A DNA stretch of 64,000 bases from an uncultured Actinomycetes bacterium (GCA_963708985.1 CAVPUQ010000001.1:330405-394404); one strand, 5' to 3'; numbered from the stretch's first letter, positions 54,140 through 63,326 are shown. A program made the numbers and translations. Notes: generated by a model from the letters alone, not told the origin.

Positions 54140-54158
54140 GAACCTGCACAGCAGGTTC
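54140..54158. terminator. hairpin GAACCTGC-ACA-GCAGGTTC
   Basis: A perfect 8-bp stem and 3-nt loop, about 120 nt downstream of the mazF-like stop on the minus strand, followed there by GTTCCTTAGCC. It could also be an operator for the DUF5666 gene. Confidence 0.3.
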
Positions 54159-54275
54159 TCGACCATCGTCGTGGAGAGTCCTGCGAGCGCTGTCGGCCGA
54201 CCGTCCGACGAGAAGGATGCCTGCGGACCGAAGCGATGTGCTCGGCGTTCCGTCGATCGCTGCGCGGTGACCTGA

Positions 54276-54593
54276 TCAGCAGTCGGTCGCGGCGGTGAGC
54301 GCGTCGCAGAGCTCGTGGATCCGCGTCGGCACGAGTGTCCCGATCCGGCGCACCAACATCGCTCGCGGGAAGGCGGTCGTGGCGTCCAATGCGGCGGCGC
54401 ACTCGGTGGGCAGCCCTTCGTCGGGGCCGAGGAGCACCTCGGTAGGGATCCGTCGGATCGTTCGGGTCACCGGCGCCACGAGGATCGCACGAAGGACCGG
54501 GATCGCCTCGTCGCGGGTGATGACCAGATAGGGTCGACCCTTCGCGTCCGGGGCCTCGCCCCACCAGATCTCGCCCCGGCCCGGCAGGCTCAC
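54276..54593 (-). CDS. type II toxin, PemK/MazF family endoribonuclease
   Basis: From V101 of ORF 54276..54893: VSLPGRGEIWWGEAPDAKGRPYLVITRDEAIPVLRAILVAPVTRTIRRIPTEVLLGPDEGLPTECAAALD... The GTG overlaps the antitoxin stop (GTGA). Confidence 0.85.
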   Translation of the reverse strand: MSLPGRGEIWWGEAPDAKGRPYLVITRDEAIPVLRAILVAPVTRTIRRIPTEVLLGPDEGLPTECAAALDATTAFPRAMLVRRIGTLVPTRIHELCDALTAATDC

Positions 54594-54851
54594 CAGGGCT
54601 CTTCCTGGATGGAGCGCACGGCCGCCTCGGTCGCGGCCGCCACCTCGGCATCGGTCTGCGGGACGTTCGGTGTACCCCTGGACGATCCGGCGGCCGATGT
54701 CCCTGCGGCGCTCGGCGTCTACGAGCTGCTCGATCGCTGCGCGGACCGCCTCAGCGCGGGTGGCGAACCGGCCCGTGGAGACGAGGTCGTCGAGGGAATG
54801 TGCAAGCTCATCGCTCATCCGGATCGCGAACTGCTCGGACACGCTCGGCAT
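54590..54851 (-). pseudogene. ribbon-helix-helix antitoxin (MazE/CopG-like); one frame break (~54655)
   Basis: MPSVSEQFAIRMSDELAHSLDDLVSTGRFATRAEAVRAAIEQLVDAERRRDIGRRIVQGYTERP, then PQTDAEVAAATEAAVRSIQEEPW* in the -1 frame. The junction is a CCC run where CC would restore the frame. An alternative leaderless GTG start at 54842 follows TACGAT by 7 nt. Confidence 0.75.
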
Positions 54852-54994
54852 CGTAGCAGGTCGGGATGCAGGATGGGATGCCGAACGGGCCACACCAGGA
54901 ACGATAGCCCAGTGTCACCGACATCGGGATAGCTCAGGCCGTCTGGAGCACCTCCGTGACCTTGGCATCTCGAGTGGCGATCCGCGACCGCGGG

Positions 54995-56068
54995 TCAGGT
55001 CAGCCGGTGCGCGCCGGAGAGGTGGGGGAAGTATCCCTCGGAGTAGCTGGTGGTCATCCCCGTATCGAGGTCGTGGACGAAGAAGCCGGGGAACACGCTG
55101 GCCCGCTCGAACGCGACGAGTTGGAGCGCCGAGGAGACGTTGAAGAACCCGACGTCGCCGCCGGTGACGATCTCGGTCACGGTGCCGGTCGCGGCGACGA
55201 TGCGGACGAGGTCGGTGTCGTAGACGCCCGGCAGACTGGCGCGTCAGGCGCGAGGCCACGAGCTCGTCCTCGGAGATCCAGCGCGGGTCGGTGTAGAACA
55301 CGTCGCAGGTCCCCTGCACCAGCGTGGCCTTGTCCGCTCCGGTCGAGGACATCGTTCGGAGGTCGCCCGCCCGGTACCCGGGGGCGGGTCCGCCGCAGTT
55401 CTCGCGCTCCCGGAACAGCGCGAGGCGGTCGCCGCTCGGCGAGAGCGAGGGGAACCGCGAGACGTGCCCTCGCGTCACGCGTGTGGCGTCCCGCGTGCGG
55501 ACGTCGACGACCCAGACGTCGTAGATGAACAGGTCCACGTCGTTGCCGAACGTGACGGCCAACGTCCGACCATCGTCGTCCCAGGCCTGATCGAGCGGCG
55601 ATGCCCTCGCCCTCGAAGTCCTTGGGGTTGACGGTCCGCTTCGGACCGGCGAACCGCACGACGGCACGCTCGCGACCCCGCTGCGTTCCGGATCCACACC
55701 GACGCGAAGTACGGGTCGCGGTGCGCGAACCGGTCCGGCATGAACCCGACCTTGCGACCGTCCGCGAGGGCGATCGGCGCGAACGCGTGCTTGATCCGGA
55801 ACCGTCGCTGCCCGGTCGACGCGTCGTACCCGGTCACGAGCTCCCCGCCCCCGCTCGAGCGCAGCCTGGAACCCGCGAGCAGGTTCCCGTCGAGGGAGAA
55901 GAACTGGAGGTCCGGGAGCGAGGCGAGAACGGTCCCATCGAGCTCCACCACCGCGACGCCCGTGTCCGTGTAGTAGGCGATCTGTGGCCCGGCCGCGGTG
56001 GCCGGCGTCGCGAGACCCAGGGGAACGAGCAGGGCGAGCAGGGCAGCCACGCGGGGAAGGCGGCTCAT
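54995..56068 (-). pseudogene. secreted beta-propeller protein (TolB/PD40-like repeats, tentative); at least 3 frame breaks
   Basis: The signal peptide MSRLPRVAALLALLVPLGLATPATAAG (ORF 55475..56128 from M21). Further blocks are in other frames (..RFAGPKRTVNPKDFEGEGIA / ..DQAWDDDGRTLAVTFGNDVDLFIYDVWVVDVRTRDATRVTRG..SLSPSGDRLALFRE.. / ..TEIVTGGDVGFFNVSSALQLVAFERASVFPGFFVHDLDTG..). Confidence 0.65.
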
Positions 56069-56126
56069 CGGGACCTCCATGGACGGTCTGCCGGGAGTCT
56101 GGCACACACGTGGGGTAGGCTCGAGC

Positions 56127-56756
56127 ATGGCCTACGACGAGGAGCTGGCCGAGCGGATCCGGGCCGCGCTCGGCGCCGTGCCCGGCGTCGCCGAGATCAA
56201 GATGTTCGGCGGGTTGTGCTACACGGTGCGAGGGCACATGGCCGTCGGCGTCAACGGGGACGACCTGATGGTGCGGATGGAGCCCGAAGCGGCGGAGGCT
56301 GCGCTGTCCGAGCCCGGGGCCCGCCCGATGGACTTCACCGGCAGGCCGATGAAGGGGTTCCTCTACGTGGGTCCCGCCGGGTTGCGGACCGAGCGCGCGC
56401 TCGAGGGGTGGGTCCAGCGCGGCGTGGCGTACGCATCGTCCCTCCCGCCGAAGAAGCCGAAGGAGACCTCGACCGAGGTCCTGAGCGCGCCCGGGGATCC
56501 TTCTTCGCCCGGGGTCACGCTTCGGGCACGGATCGGAGGCGGTCGGTCTTCCGCGGGATGCCGCACTCGACCCGCTCCCAGCGGCCGCCGCGGTCGACCT
56601 CGTACTCGCGGAACGCGCAGGGGATGCCCCCGGCTCTCAGCAGGTCGGGCGAGTCCATCAGCTGGAAGTGGAGATGCGGCGCCGTCGAGTTCCCCGTGTG
56701 CCCGACGCGGCCGATCTGCTCACCGGTCCGGACCGTCTGGCCGGTCTCGACGGTGA
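56127..56756 (+). CDS. TfoX/Sxy N-terminal domain protein; the 3' part of the ORF is doubtful
   Basis: From M44 of ORF 55998..56756: MAYDEELAERIRAALGAVPGVAEIKMFGGLCYTVRGHMAVGVNGDDLMVRM... Family members are about 110-120 aa and typically end near ..LPPKKPK. Here the frame runs on for about 250 nt, overlapping the convergent M23 gene, so the true end is probably near 56480. Confidence 0.65.
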   Translation: MAYDEELAERIRAALGAVPGVAEIKMFGGLCYTVRGHMAVGVNGDDLMVRMEPEAAEAALSEPGARPMDFTGRPMKGFLYVGPAGLRTERALEGWVQRGVAYASSLPPKKPKETSTEVLSAPGDPSSPGVTLRARIGGGRSSAGCRTRPAPSGRRGRPRTRGTRRGCPRLSAGRASPSAGSGDAAPSSSPCARRGRSAHRSGPSGRSRR

Positions 56757-57210
56757 CCGATCCGGGGGCGAGGTGCGCGAAGAGCGCGTAGATCGAGTCC
56801 GCCCGCATGACCACGTGGTTGCCGAGCACGGGGTCGAGCCCTTCCTTCGCCGGGTCGAAGGTGAGCGCGTTCTTCAGGACGAGCGCGAGCTCGCGGGCGA
56901 CGTGGAGCCAGGCTCGCTCCTGCACCCCGTCGGTAGCCTCGACGACCTCACCGTCGAACGCGGCGTAGACCGGTTGGCCCCAGCCGTAGCACTCGGACGT
57001 TCGTCCGCCGATGAGGTACGAGCGCACGGGTCCGGCCGGATGGAGGTGGAACCCCTTCCGTGAGTCGGTCCTGACCAGGTCGTAGGCGTACCGCTGTCCG
57101 AGCTGGTCGGTCCCGTGGCTCGGGATCTTGTGCGCCGGGGTGTTGGCCGCCGCCCACTCGCCGCGGAGCGGGAAGTCGACCACGACCGGGTCGTCGAGTT
57201 CGCCGGGCAT
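56515..57210 (-). CDS. M23 family metallopeptidase
   Basis: The last 231 aa of ORF 56515..57675: ..GNHVVMRADSIYALFAHL...GRVGHTGNSTAPHLHFQL.. (HxxxD / HxH motifs). Confidence 0.9.
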   Translation of the reverse strand: MPGELDDPVVVDFPLRGEWAAANTPAHKIPSHGTDQLGQRYAYDLVRTDSRKGFHLHPAGPVRSYLIGGRTSECYGWGQPVYAAFDGEVVEATDGVQERAWLHVARELALVLKNALTFDPAKEGLDPVLGNHVVMRADSIYALFAHLAPGSVTVETGQTVRTGEQIGRVGHTGNSTAPHLHFQLMDSPDLLRAGGIPCAFREYEVDRGGRWERVECGIPRKTDRLRSVPEA

Positions 57211-57303
57211 CTTCGCTCCAGTCTCGACCTCGGGCGGCCGCGATGCCAGCGGGATGGTGGCCCCGCTGGGGGCCCTGAGACAGACTGATCGGGTGGAGTC
57301 ATC

Positions 57304-57723
57304 ATGACCGTGCGCCGCATCGTCGTCGACCATGTCCTGTTCGTCGTCGAGGACCTGGACGCGAGCCGCCGCCTGTACACGGCCGCGCTCGCGCCGCTCG
57401 ACTACACCGAGCTCCACGTGCAGGAAGACGGCGTCCGCTACGGCGCCGAAGGGCTCGACGACTTCGCGATCTTCCGCGGTGAGCCGGTGACGACGGCGGC
57501 ACACGTCGCGTTCGACGCCGGCGACCGCGAGGCGGTCGATGCGTTCTTCGCGGCTGCGGTGGCGAGCGGCGCCACCGCCCGCGGGGAGCCGGGGGTCTGG
57601 ACCCAGTACTCCAAGCGCTACTACGCGGCGTTCGTCGAGGACCTGCACGGGAACAACGTCGAGGCGGTCTGGCACGCGCCCGAGCCGGTGACCGATGCGC
57701 CGCGGCGGCCGGGCATCCCGTAG
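57304..57723 (+). CDS. VOC (glyoxalase/bleomycin-resistance/dioxygenase) family protein
   Basis: MTVRRIVVDHVLFVVEDLDASRRLYTAAL...HVAFDAGDREAVDAFF...YAAFVEDLHGNNVEAV... Confidence 0.9.
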   Translation: MTVRRIVVDHVLFVVEDLDASRRLYTAALAPLDYTELHVQEDGVRYGAEGLDDFAIFRGEPVTTAAHVAFDAGDREAVDAFFAAAVASGATARGEPGVWTQYSKRYYAAFVEDLHGNNVEAVWHAPEPVTDAPRRPGIP

Positions 57724-57730
57724 CAGTGGC

Positions 57731-58066
57731 TCAGTCGTCGGTGTTGCCGGCCTCGCTGGCGTCCGAGCCGTCGTCGTCCGCCGTGCTGCTGATCACCTCG
57801 AAGTCGGCGTTCAGATCGACCTCGACGACCCGACCGCTGTCGAGGCGGACCTCGACGCCGTAGGCGGCGCCCCCGTCGCCCATCTCGGTCTCGACGACCG
57901 TACCCGCGCCGACGTGCTCGAGGGCGGCCGCGGTGGCGTGCTCCAGGTCGCTGCCCGTGAGCGGCTGGTCGTTGTCGCCGCTCGCGGCGATGCCGACACC
58001 GGTCCCGATGGCCAGGACGGCGACGACCCCGCCTGCCGCGATCGCGAGCTTCGTGCGCTCCTGCAT
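57731..58066 (-). CDS. PepSY domain-containing membrane-anchored protein
   Basis: From M27 of ORF 57731..58144: a TM anchor, then ..LEHATAAALEHVGAGTVVETEMGDGGAAYGVEVRLDSGRVVEVDLNADFEV... Confidence 0.8.
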   Translation of the reverse strand: MQERTKLAIAAGGVVAVLAIGTGVGIAASGDNDQPLTGSDLEHATAAALEHVGAGTVVETEMGDGGAAYGVEVRLDSGRVVEVDLNADFEVISSTADDDGSDASEAGNTDD

Positions 58067-58159
58067 CGTGCGCCCCCTTGCGGTAGGAACGGCGTTCGGT
58101 ACGCCGATCGCATCGTCATGGTGCGTCACGGACCCTGACGCCACGCTGAACGGTCCAGG

Positions 58160-59519
58160 TCACTCCGGAGCTGCCGGGAGGCGCACCTCGAACCGCGCGC
58201 CGCCGAGACCACCCTCGAGCGCGGCGACCGTACCGCCGTGCAGCGTGGCGATCTCGCGCACGATCGACAGCCCCAGGCCGCTTCCGCCCGAGTCGCGCTC
58301 GCGCGCGTCCTCGAGTCGGACGAAGCGGTCGAACACGCTTGCACGCTCGGCCTCCGGGATGCCCGGCCCGTCCTCCTCGACGGTGAGGACCACGGAACCG
58401 GGCTCGGGGTGGAGCGACAGGCCGATCGTGCTCCGAGCGTGCCGGGTGGCGTTCTCGGTCAGGTTGCGTAGGAGGCGCTCGAGCCGGTCACGATCGCCGA
58501 GGACGCGAGCACTCTCGACGCGGTCGCTCTCGACCCGCAGGTGCGTCGAGGCGCGGAGCCGCGCCGCCTCGTCGTGCACCAGGTCGTCCAGATCGAGGGG
58601 CTCGAGTCGGAGCCGCACCGTGCCCTCGTCGATCTGGCTCAGCAGGAGCAGGTCTTCCACGACGCGTTGCAGGCGCAGCGACTCCTCGTGCGCGACCTCG
58701 GCGAGCGAGTGAAGGTCGGTGCTGTCGGGGTGCTGGAGCGCAACCTCCGCGTGCTGGCGGATCGACGCCACGGGGGAGCGGAGCTCGTGGGAGGCGTCGG
58801 AGACGAACCGCCGCTGACGGGACTGGCCTTCCTCGAGCCGCGCGAGCATGCGGTTCATCGTCGTCGCCAGGCGCGCGATCTCGTCGTCCCCCGGCGGGTC
58901 CGGGACGCGCCGGTGGAGCTGCTCGGTCGAGATCGCCTCGACCTCTTCACGGATGGCCTCGACGGGTGCTAGGGCTCGGCCGACGACCCGCCACGTGACC
59001 ACCGCCACGACGAGGACGAGCAAGGGGATCCCGAGGCAGGAGCGTGCCCGTGACGGCTCGTTCCGCGCCGCGCGCGTCCTCGAGGCTCCGGCCGACGACC
59101 ACCGTCTCGTCGCCGCCGCGGGTCGCGACGACGAGGAACGGACCGTCCTCGAACGGAACATCCTCGATCGTGCGCGTCTCGCCGGGACCGATAGAGACGA
59201 GGGCCGGGAAGCCGTCGACGTTGGGGCTCGCCGACAGCACGGCGCCGTCGGGGCCGAGCACCTGCACGAACTCCTCCTCGGGATCGCCGCCGGTCACGAG
59301 CGCGTCGACCGGGGGTCCCGAAGGCTCCCGGGCGATCGCGACGGCTCTGGTCAGGGCGCCCGTGCGTACCTGCTCTCGAAGGGACCGGTTCAGGTACGCG
59401 ACCATCGCGAAGGCGGCGACGACGAGGGCCGTGCCCACGGCGGCCACCGCCACAGCGGTGGTGCGGACGCGGATACCGCCTGCGCGGGACCGGCGGCCAG
59501 GGGCCCGGTCAGCCGCCAT
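58160..59519 (-). pseudogene. HAMP/HisKA sensor histidine kinase; one frame break (~59040)
   Basis: The N-terminus and sensor are in ORF 58947..60074 from M186 (MAADRAPGRR...TAVAVAAVGTALVVAAFAMV...). TM2 + HAMP + HisKA (FVSDASHELRSPVA) + HATPase_c (GGSGLGLSIV) are in ORF 58160..59161. Confidence 0.85.
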
Positions 59520-60187
59520 CGTCCTCGAGCCGGTAGCCGGCTCCCCGGACGGTCTGGATGGCGTCCCGCCCGAACGGCCGGTCGAGCTTGTTGCGCAGGC
59601 GCCGCACGTACACCTCGACGATGTTGAGGTCGCCCTCGAACCCGAAGTCCCACACGTGGTCCAGGATCTCGCGTCTTCGTGACGACCTCGCCTGCGTGCC
59701 GCAGCAGGAACTCGAGGAGGGACGGCCTCGCGGGCGGTGAGCGTGACCTCGACGTCGCCGCGCCACGCGCGTCGGGCGGCCGGGTCGTAGCGGAGGTCGC
59801 CCGCCGACAGCACCGCCGGCCGTTCGCCGGCGCCGCGGCGGATCAGCGCGCGGAGTCGTGCGACGAGCACGACCGAGGAGAAGGGCTTCGTGAGGTAGTC
59901 GTCGGCGCCGGTGTCGAGCGCCTCGGCCTCGTCGAGCTCGCCGTCCTTGGCTGTGAGCATGAGGATCGGCGTCCAGTTGCCCTCCTCGCGCAAGGTCGCA
60001 CAGACCCGGTAGCCGTTGAGGCCCGGCAGCATGATGTCGAGCACGATCGCGTCGTACGGGTGCTCGCGCGCCATCCACAGGCCGTCGTCCCGTCGAGCGC
60101 GACGTCGACGGCGAACCCCTCGGCCTCGAGCCCCTTCTTGACCCCGGCCGCCAGGCGCTTCTCGTCCTCGACGACGAGCACCCGCAT
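59509..60187 (-). pseudogene. OmpR-family response regulator; at least 3 frame breaks
   Basis: MRVLVVEDEKRLAAGVKKGLEAEGFAVDVALDG (ORF 59843..60223 from M13) / ..MAREHPYDAIVLDIMLPGLNGYRVCATLREEGNWTPILMLTAKDGELDEAEALDTGADDYLTKPF... (ORF 58947..60074) / ..EILDHVWDFGFEGDLNIVEVYVRRLRNKLDRPFGRDAIQTVRGAGYRLEDDGG* (ORF 59509..60525). Confidence 0.85.
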
Positions 60188-60339
60188 CCGGCTTCCCTCC
60201 CGTGTGGTCGGCTCATCATCCACCAGTGAGCTGAAACCGGGCTGAATCGACGCTGAACGTCCTTCAGCGTGGGTTCAGGGGTCCTGCGCGACGGTCTCAC
60301 GACCGGACGAGCGGTCGTCCACGGAGGAAGGAGGTCGAG

Positions 60340-61087
60340 ATGATCCGAAGGCTCGCAGGGCCGGTGCTGCTGGGGCTCGTCGCGACGACGGCGCCGGGTC
60401 GGCGTCGGGATCGCGGCCGTGACGTGCCCGATCGAGCTGCCGCAGGGGAGCGACCCGGTGGCGCTCGACCCGGCGGACTTCGTTGGGGCCATCGACAACC
60501 CGCTCTGGCCGATGGCGCCCGGCACGAAGTGGGTCTACCGCGAGGCAGACACGCACGGGGACGAGCGAGACGTGGTCGTGAAGGTGAAGGCGCGCACGAA
60601 GGAGATCCTCGGCATCTCGGCGACCGTCGTGCGCGACGTGGTGAGCCGGGACGGCGAGCTCGTCGAGGACACGTCGCGACTGGTACGCGCAGGATGTGTG
60701 CGGCAACGTCTGGTACCTCGGTGAGAACACGAAGGAGTACGAGAACGGCAAGGTGGTCTCGACGGCCGGCTCGTGGGAGGCCGGTGTGGACGGCGCCCAG
60801 GCAGGTGTGGTCGTGCCTGCCGATCCGCAGATCGGGATGACCTACCGGCAGGAGTACTACCAAGGCGAGGCGGAGGACTCAGCGGAGGTGCTGAGCCTGA
60901 GCGAGCAGGCGCAGGTGCCGTTCGGCCACTTCCGGGACGTGCTGCTGACGAAGGACTCCACGGCGCTGCAACCCAGGGTGCTCGAGTACAAGCTGTACGC
61001 GATGGGCATCGGGCCGGTCCTCGTCCTCGGCGTTTCGGGGGAGCAGATCGCGAGGAGCTCGTCCGGTTCGAGGCGCCTGCGGCGTAG
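60340..61087 (+). pseudogene. secreted conserved hypothetical protein; about 3 frame breaks
   Basis: The signal MIRRLAGPVLLGLVATTAPG (ORF 60340..). Then ..VTCPIELPQGSDPVALDPADFVGAIDNPLWPMAPGTKWVYRE...(ORF 60419..), ..VCGNVWYLGENTKEYENGKVVSTAGSWEAGVDGAQAGVVVPADPQIGMTYRQEYY...(ORF 60696..), and the end ..REELVRFEAPAA* (ORF 60773..61087). Confidence 0.65.
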
Positions 61088-61240
61088 TGGCCGCGCCCGA
61101 CCGGCTGCCCGCTCGATCTTCCCGGCCGACGGGAACCGACCGAGCCTCGAAAGGGCGTCCAGGCCGAGCGCTCCGAAGTAGAACGCTATGCGGATCTCGG
61201 GGTAGCCTTCGGATCCTTGCGTCGTGGAAGGGAGGCTCGG

Positions 61241-61655
61241 GTGGACGGGACGAAGGGCACGGGCACGAAGCAGGATCCCTGGGTGTTGAAGACGCCGCCG
61301 GGGACCTCGGAGTACCAGATGTGGCGCGACGAGGAGGCCGATCCTCCGGCGCTCGTCTGCCAGGTCGGCAAGACCCAGCTCGGCTACCAGCTCCGGTGCA
61401 TCGAGGACCTGCACGCGATGCTGAAGGCGGCCGGCGACTGGGTGCCGCTCGGCAGCGCCGACGAGCAGAAGCCCGCGGCCGAGGGCACCGTGGAGGCCTG
61501 GGGTCGATCTGCCGACAACCCGGTCGGCGGCTGGTACGGCCTGAAGAAGGGCCTGCGCGGGACGGTTCGGGATGTACGTGCCGCCGCTGCTCGAGGCGCT
61601 CGGCCTCGCCGAGCTCGAGCACAACCCTCGCAACAACCGCATGCGGGCGCGGTAG
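61241..61655 (+). pseudogene. conserved hypothetical protein (widespread small family, DUF name not certain); one frame break (~61565)
   Basis: GTG 61241 follows GGGAGG. ..GTKQDPWVLKTPPGTSEYQMWRDEEADPPALVCQVGKTQLGYQLRCIEDLHAMLKAAGDWVPLGSADEQKPAAEGTVEAWGRSADNPVGGWYGLKKGLRG, then RFGMYVPPLLEALGLAELEHNPRNNRMRAR* in another frame. Confidence 0.65.
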
Positions 61656-61680
61656 CCGGAGCCCTTCGAGTGACGTCCTC

Positions 61681-62037
61681 CTAGCTCTGCGATGCAGGCG
61701 TGACCGAGCGGTCCTCGCGCCCCCTGTCGCGCTCGCTGCGCGAGCCGGGGATCAGGATCGCAGCGCCGACGAGCAGGAAGAGCACGGACCACACGAGCGC
61801 CTCCACGGTCCACCCCTGCTCGTCCGCGAGCAGCGTGAACCCGATGGCCACGATGATGGCCCCGCCGACCGAGACGCGGCGGTCGGCGAGCATGTCGGCC
61901 AGACCCCATCCGACGACCGCGACCGGCCACCACTCCTCGAACGTCTGGCTCCAGGCGACGGTCCCCGTGGCATCGAGGATCGCGAGCACCCCCATGGCCA
62001 CGAAGACCAGACCGAACCACAAGCGGACAGGACCCAT
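61681..62037 (-). CDS. small 4-TM membrane protein, unknown function
   Basis: From M55 of ORF 61681..62199: MGPVRLWFGLVFVAMGVLAILDATG...WWPVAVVGWGLADML...GGAIIVAIGFTLLA...VLFLLVGAAILIPG... Confidence 0.65.
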   Translation of the reverse strand: MGPVRLWFGLVFVAMGVLAILDATGTVAWSQTFEEWWPVAVVGWGLADMLADRRVSVGGAIIVAIGFTLLADEQGWTVEALVWSVLFLLVGAAILIPGSRSERDRGREDRSVTPASQS

Positions 62038-62108
62038 CCCCAACCTCCTCCGTCGAGCGGGACCTGGGCACTCCTGGAGGCACCGGTCCACGAACCGCGC
62101 ATCGCTCT

Positions 62109-62393
62109 TCACGCCTTCACCCCCCGGACGAATCGCTCGACCTCGCCGAGGATCTCCGTGTTCGGCGAGCAGTAGACGGTCTGGCCGCGCTTCTCGCACC
62201 GGATCAGGTCGGCGTGGCGGAGCTCCTTGATGTGGTGGGACACGGTCGACAGGGTCACGTCGAAGTTGGCGGCGATCTCGGAGATGCTGTTCTGGACCTG
62301 TTCCTCGCTGTACGTGCCCCCGCCGCCCGCGCGGATGAGCTCGTAGATCGCGAGCCGGGTCGGGTCGCTCAGGGCCTTGAACACCCTGAGCAT
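62109..62393 (-). CDS. ArsR/SmtB family transcriptional regulator
   Basis: MLRVFKALSDPTRLAIYELIRAG...ISEIAANFDVTLSTVSHHIKELRHADLIRCEKRGQTVYC... Confidence 0.9.
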   Translation of the reverse strand: MLRVFKALSDPTRLAIYELIRAGGGGTYSEEQVQNSISEIAANFDVTLSTVSHHIKELRHADLIRCEKRGQTVYCSPNTEILGEVERFVRGVKA

Positions 62394-62427
62394 GCCGTCA
62401 AGTCGGCATGGCCGGCGTACGTGCTGT

Positions 62428-62754
62428 CTACAGGCGACGCTGCGGCGCGGGAGGCGGGGGTGCCGAGAAGTCCATCGGGTGGAAGTCCTCGACGCTGGAC
62501 CTGAACCAGGTGTCGAACTCGTGGTCGGAGTGGGCCATCCCGCCCATGAACCCGGAGGCGCCGGGGCCGTCGAACACCACGACCGCGAGGTTGCTGCCGT
62601 CGGGGTTGGCCTGCAGCCAGGCGCCGTGCGTCGTGAGGTTGTAGCGCTGGTTCATGTCGTCGAACTCAGCTTTCCGAGGTCCGGTGAGCTCGGCGCACCA
62701 CGCCTCCCACGCTTCGAGCTTGCCCGGCTTGATCGGTACCGCCATCGCCTCCAT
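62428..62754 (-). CDS. small conserved hypothetical protein
   Basis: From M11 of ORF 62428..62784 (GAAGGGAG 7 nt upstream): MEAMAVPIKPGKLEAWEAWCAELTGPRKAEFDDMNQRYNLTTHGAWLQANPDGSNLAVVVFDGPG... No family named with confidence. Confidence 0.6.
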   Translation of the reverse strand: MEAMAVPIKPGKLEAWEAWCAELTGPRKAEFDDMNQRYNLTTHGAWLQANPDGSNLAVVVFDGPGASGFMGGMAHSDHEFDTWFRSSVEDFHPMDFSAPPPPAPQRRL

Positions 62755-62927
62755 GCGGCGACTCCCTTCCTGCTCGGCGGGCACTGTCCCGCGTTCAACC
62801 CGCGTACGTCACGCATGCTCTCCTGGTTCAGCGCCCGCCGCTCCGGGCCGAGGGCGGTTCGAGCTCGAGGGTCGGGCCACGGGGATGGACCTCCGTGCGA
62901 GGTCGCCCCGTGGCCCGCGCTCCTCGG

Positions 62928-63248
62928 CTACATCGCGTCGATGGTCTCGTAGACCGTGACGCTGCCGCCCGCCTTCAGGACCGGGGAGCCCTTGGCGATC
63001 GTCGTCGCGGCCTCGAGCGAGTCCGCCGTGACGATGGTGTACCCGGTGTGCAGCGGTCCTGGGGCGCCGTCGCTCACGGAGCCGTTGCCCCCGACCGTCT
63101 TGGCAGCCGGCGCGAACGGGTTCCCGCCGTCCTTGAGCCCGGCGCCGATCTGCCCGTACCAGTCGGTCCACGCCTGCATGACCTTGGCCTGCTCCGCCTC
63201 GGTCTCGGGCATGCTGCCACCCGTGTACAGGAGCACGTAGTCCGCCAT
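62928..63248 (-). CDS. YciI-like / DGPF-type small protein
   Basis: From M8 of ORF 62928..63269 (GGGAAGGAGGGGAC upstream): MADYVLLYTGGSMPETEAEQAKVMQAWTDWYGQIG...GYTIVTADSLEAATTIAKGSPVLKAGGSVTVYE... Confidence 0.75.
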   Translation of the reverse strand: MADYVLLYTGGSMPETEAEQAKVMQAWTDWYGQIGAGLKDGGNPFAPAAKTVGGNGSVSDGAPGPLHTGYTIVTADSLEAATTIAKGSPVLKAGGSVTVYETIDAM

Positions 63249-63326
63249 GTCCCCTCCTTCCCGGCCCAAGGGGGCCGTCTCGTCCGACGCCCCTACGACG
63301 AACGGGGACCGGCGATATCGACAGGG

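Noticed and set aside
54276-54893. The 205-aa ORF as a novel fused antitoxin-toxin protein
   Set aside because: The fusion depends on a single extra C in a CCC run. The normal antitoxin C-terminus and stop are present in the -1 frame, with the usual GTGA overlap to the toxin start.
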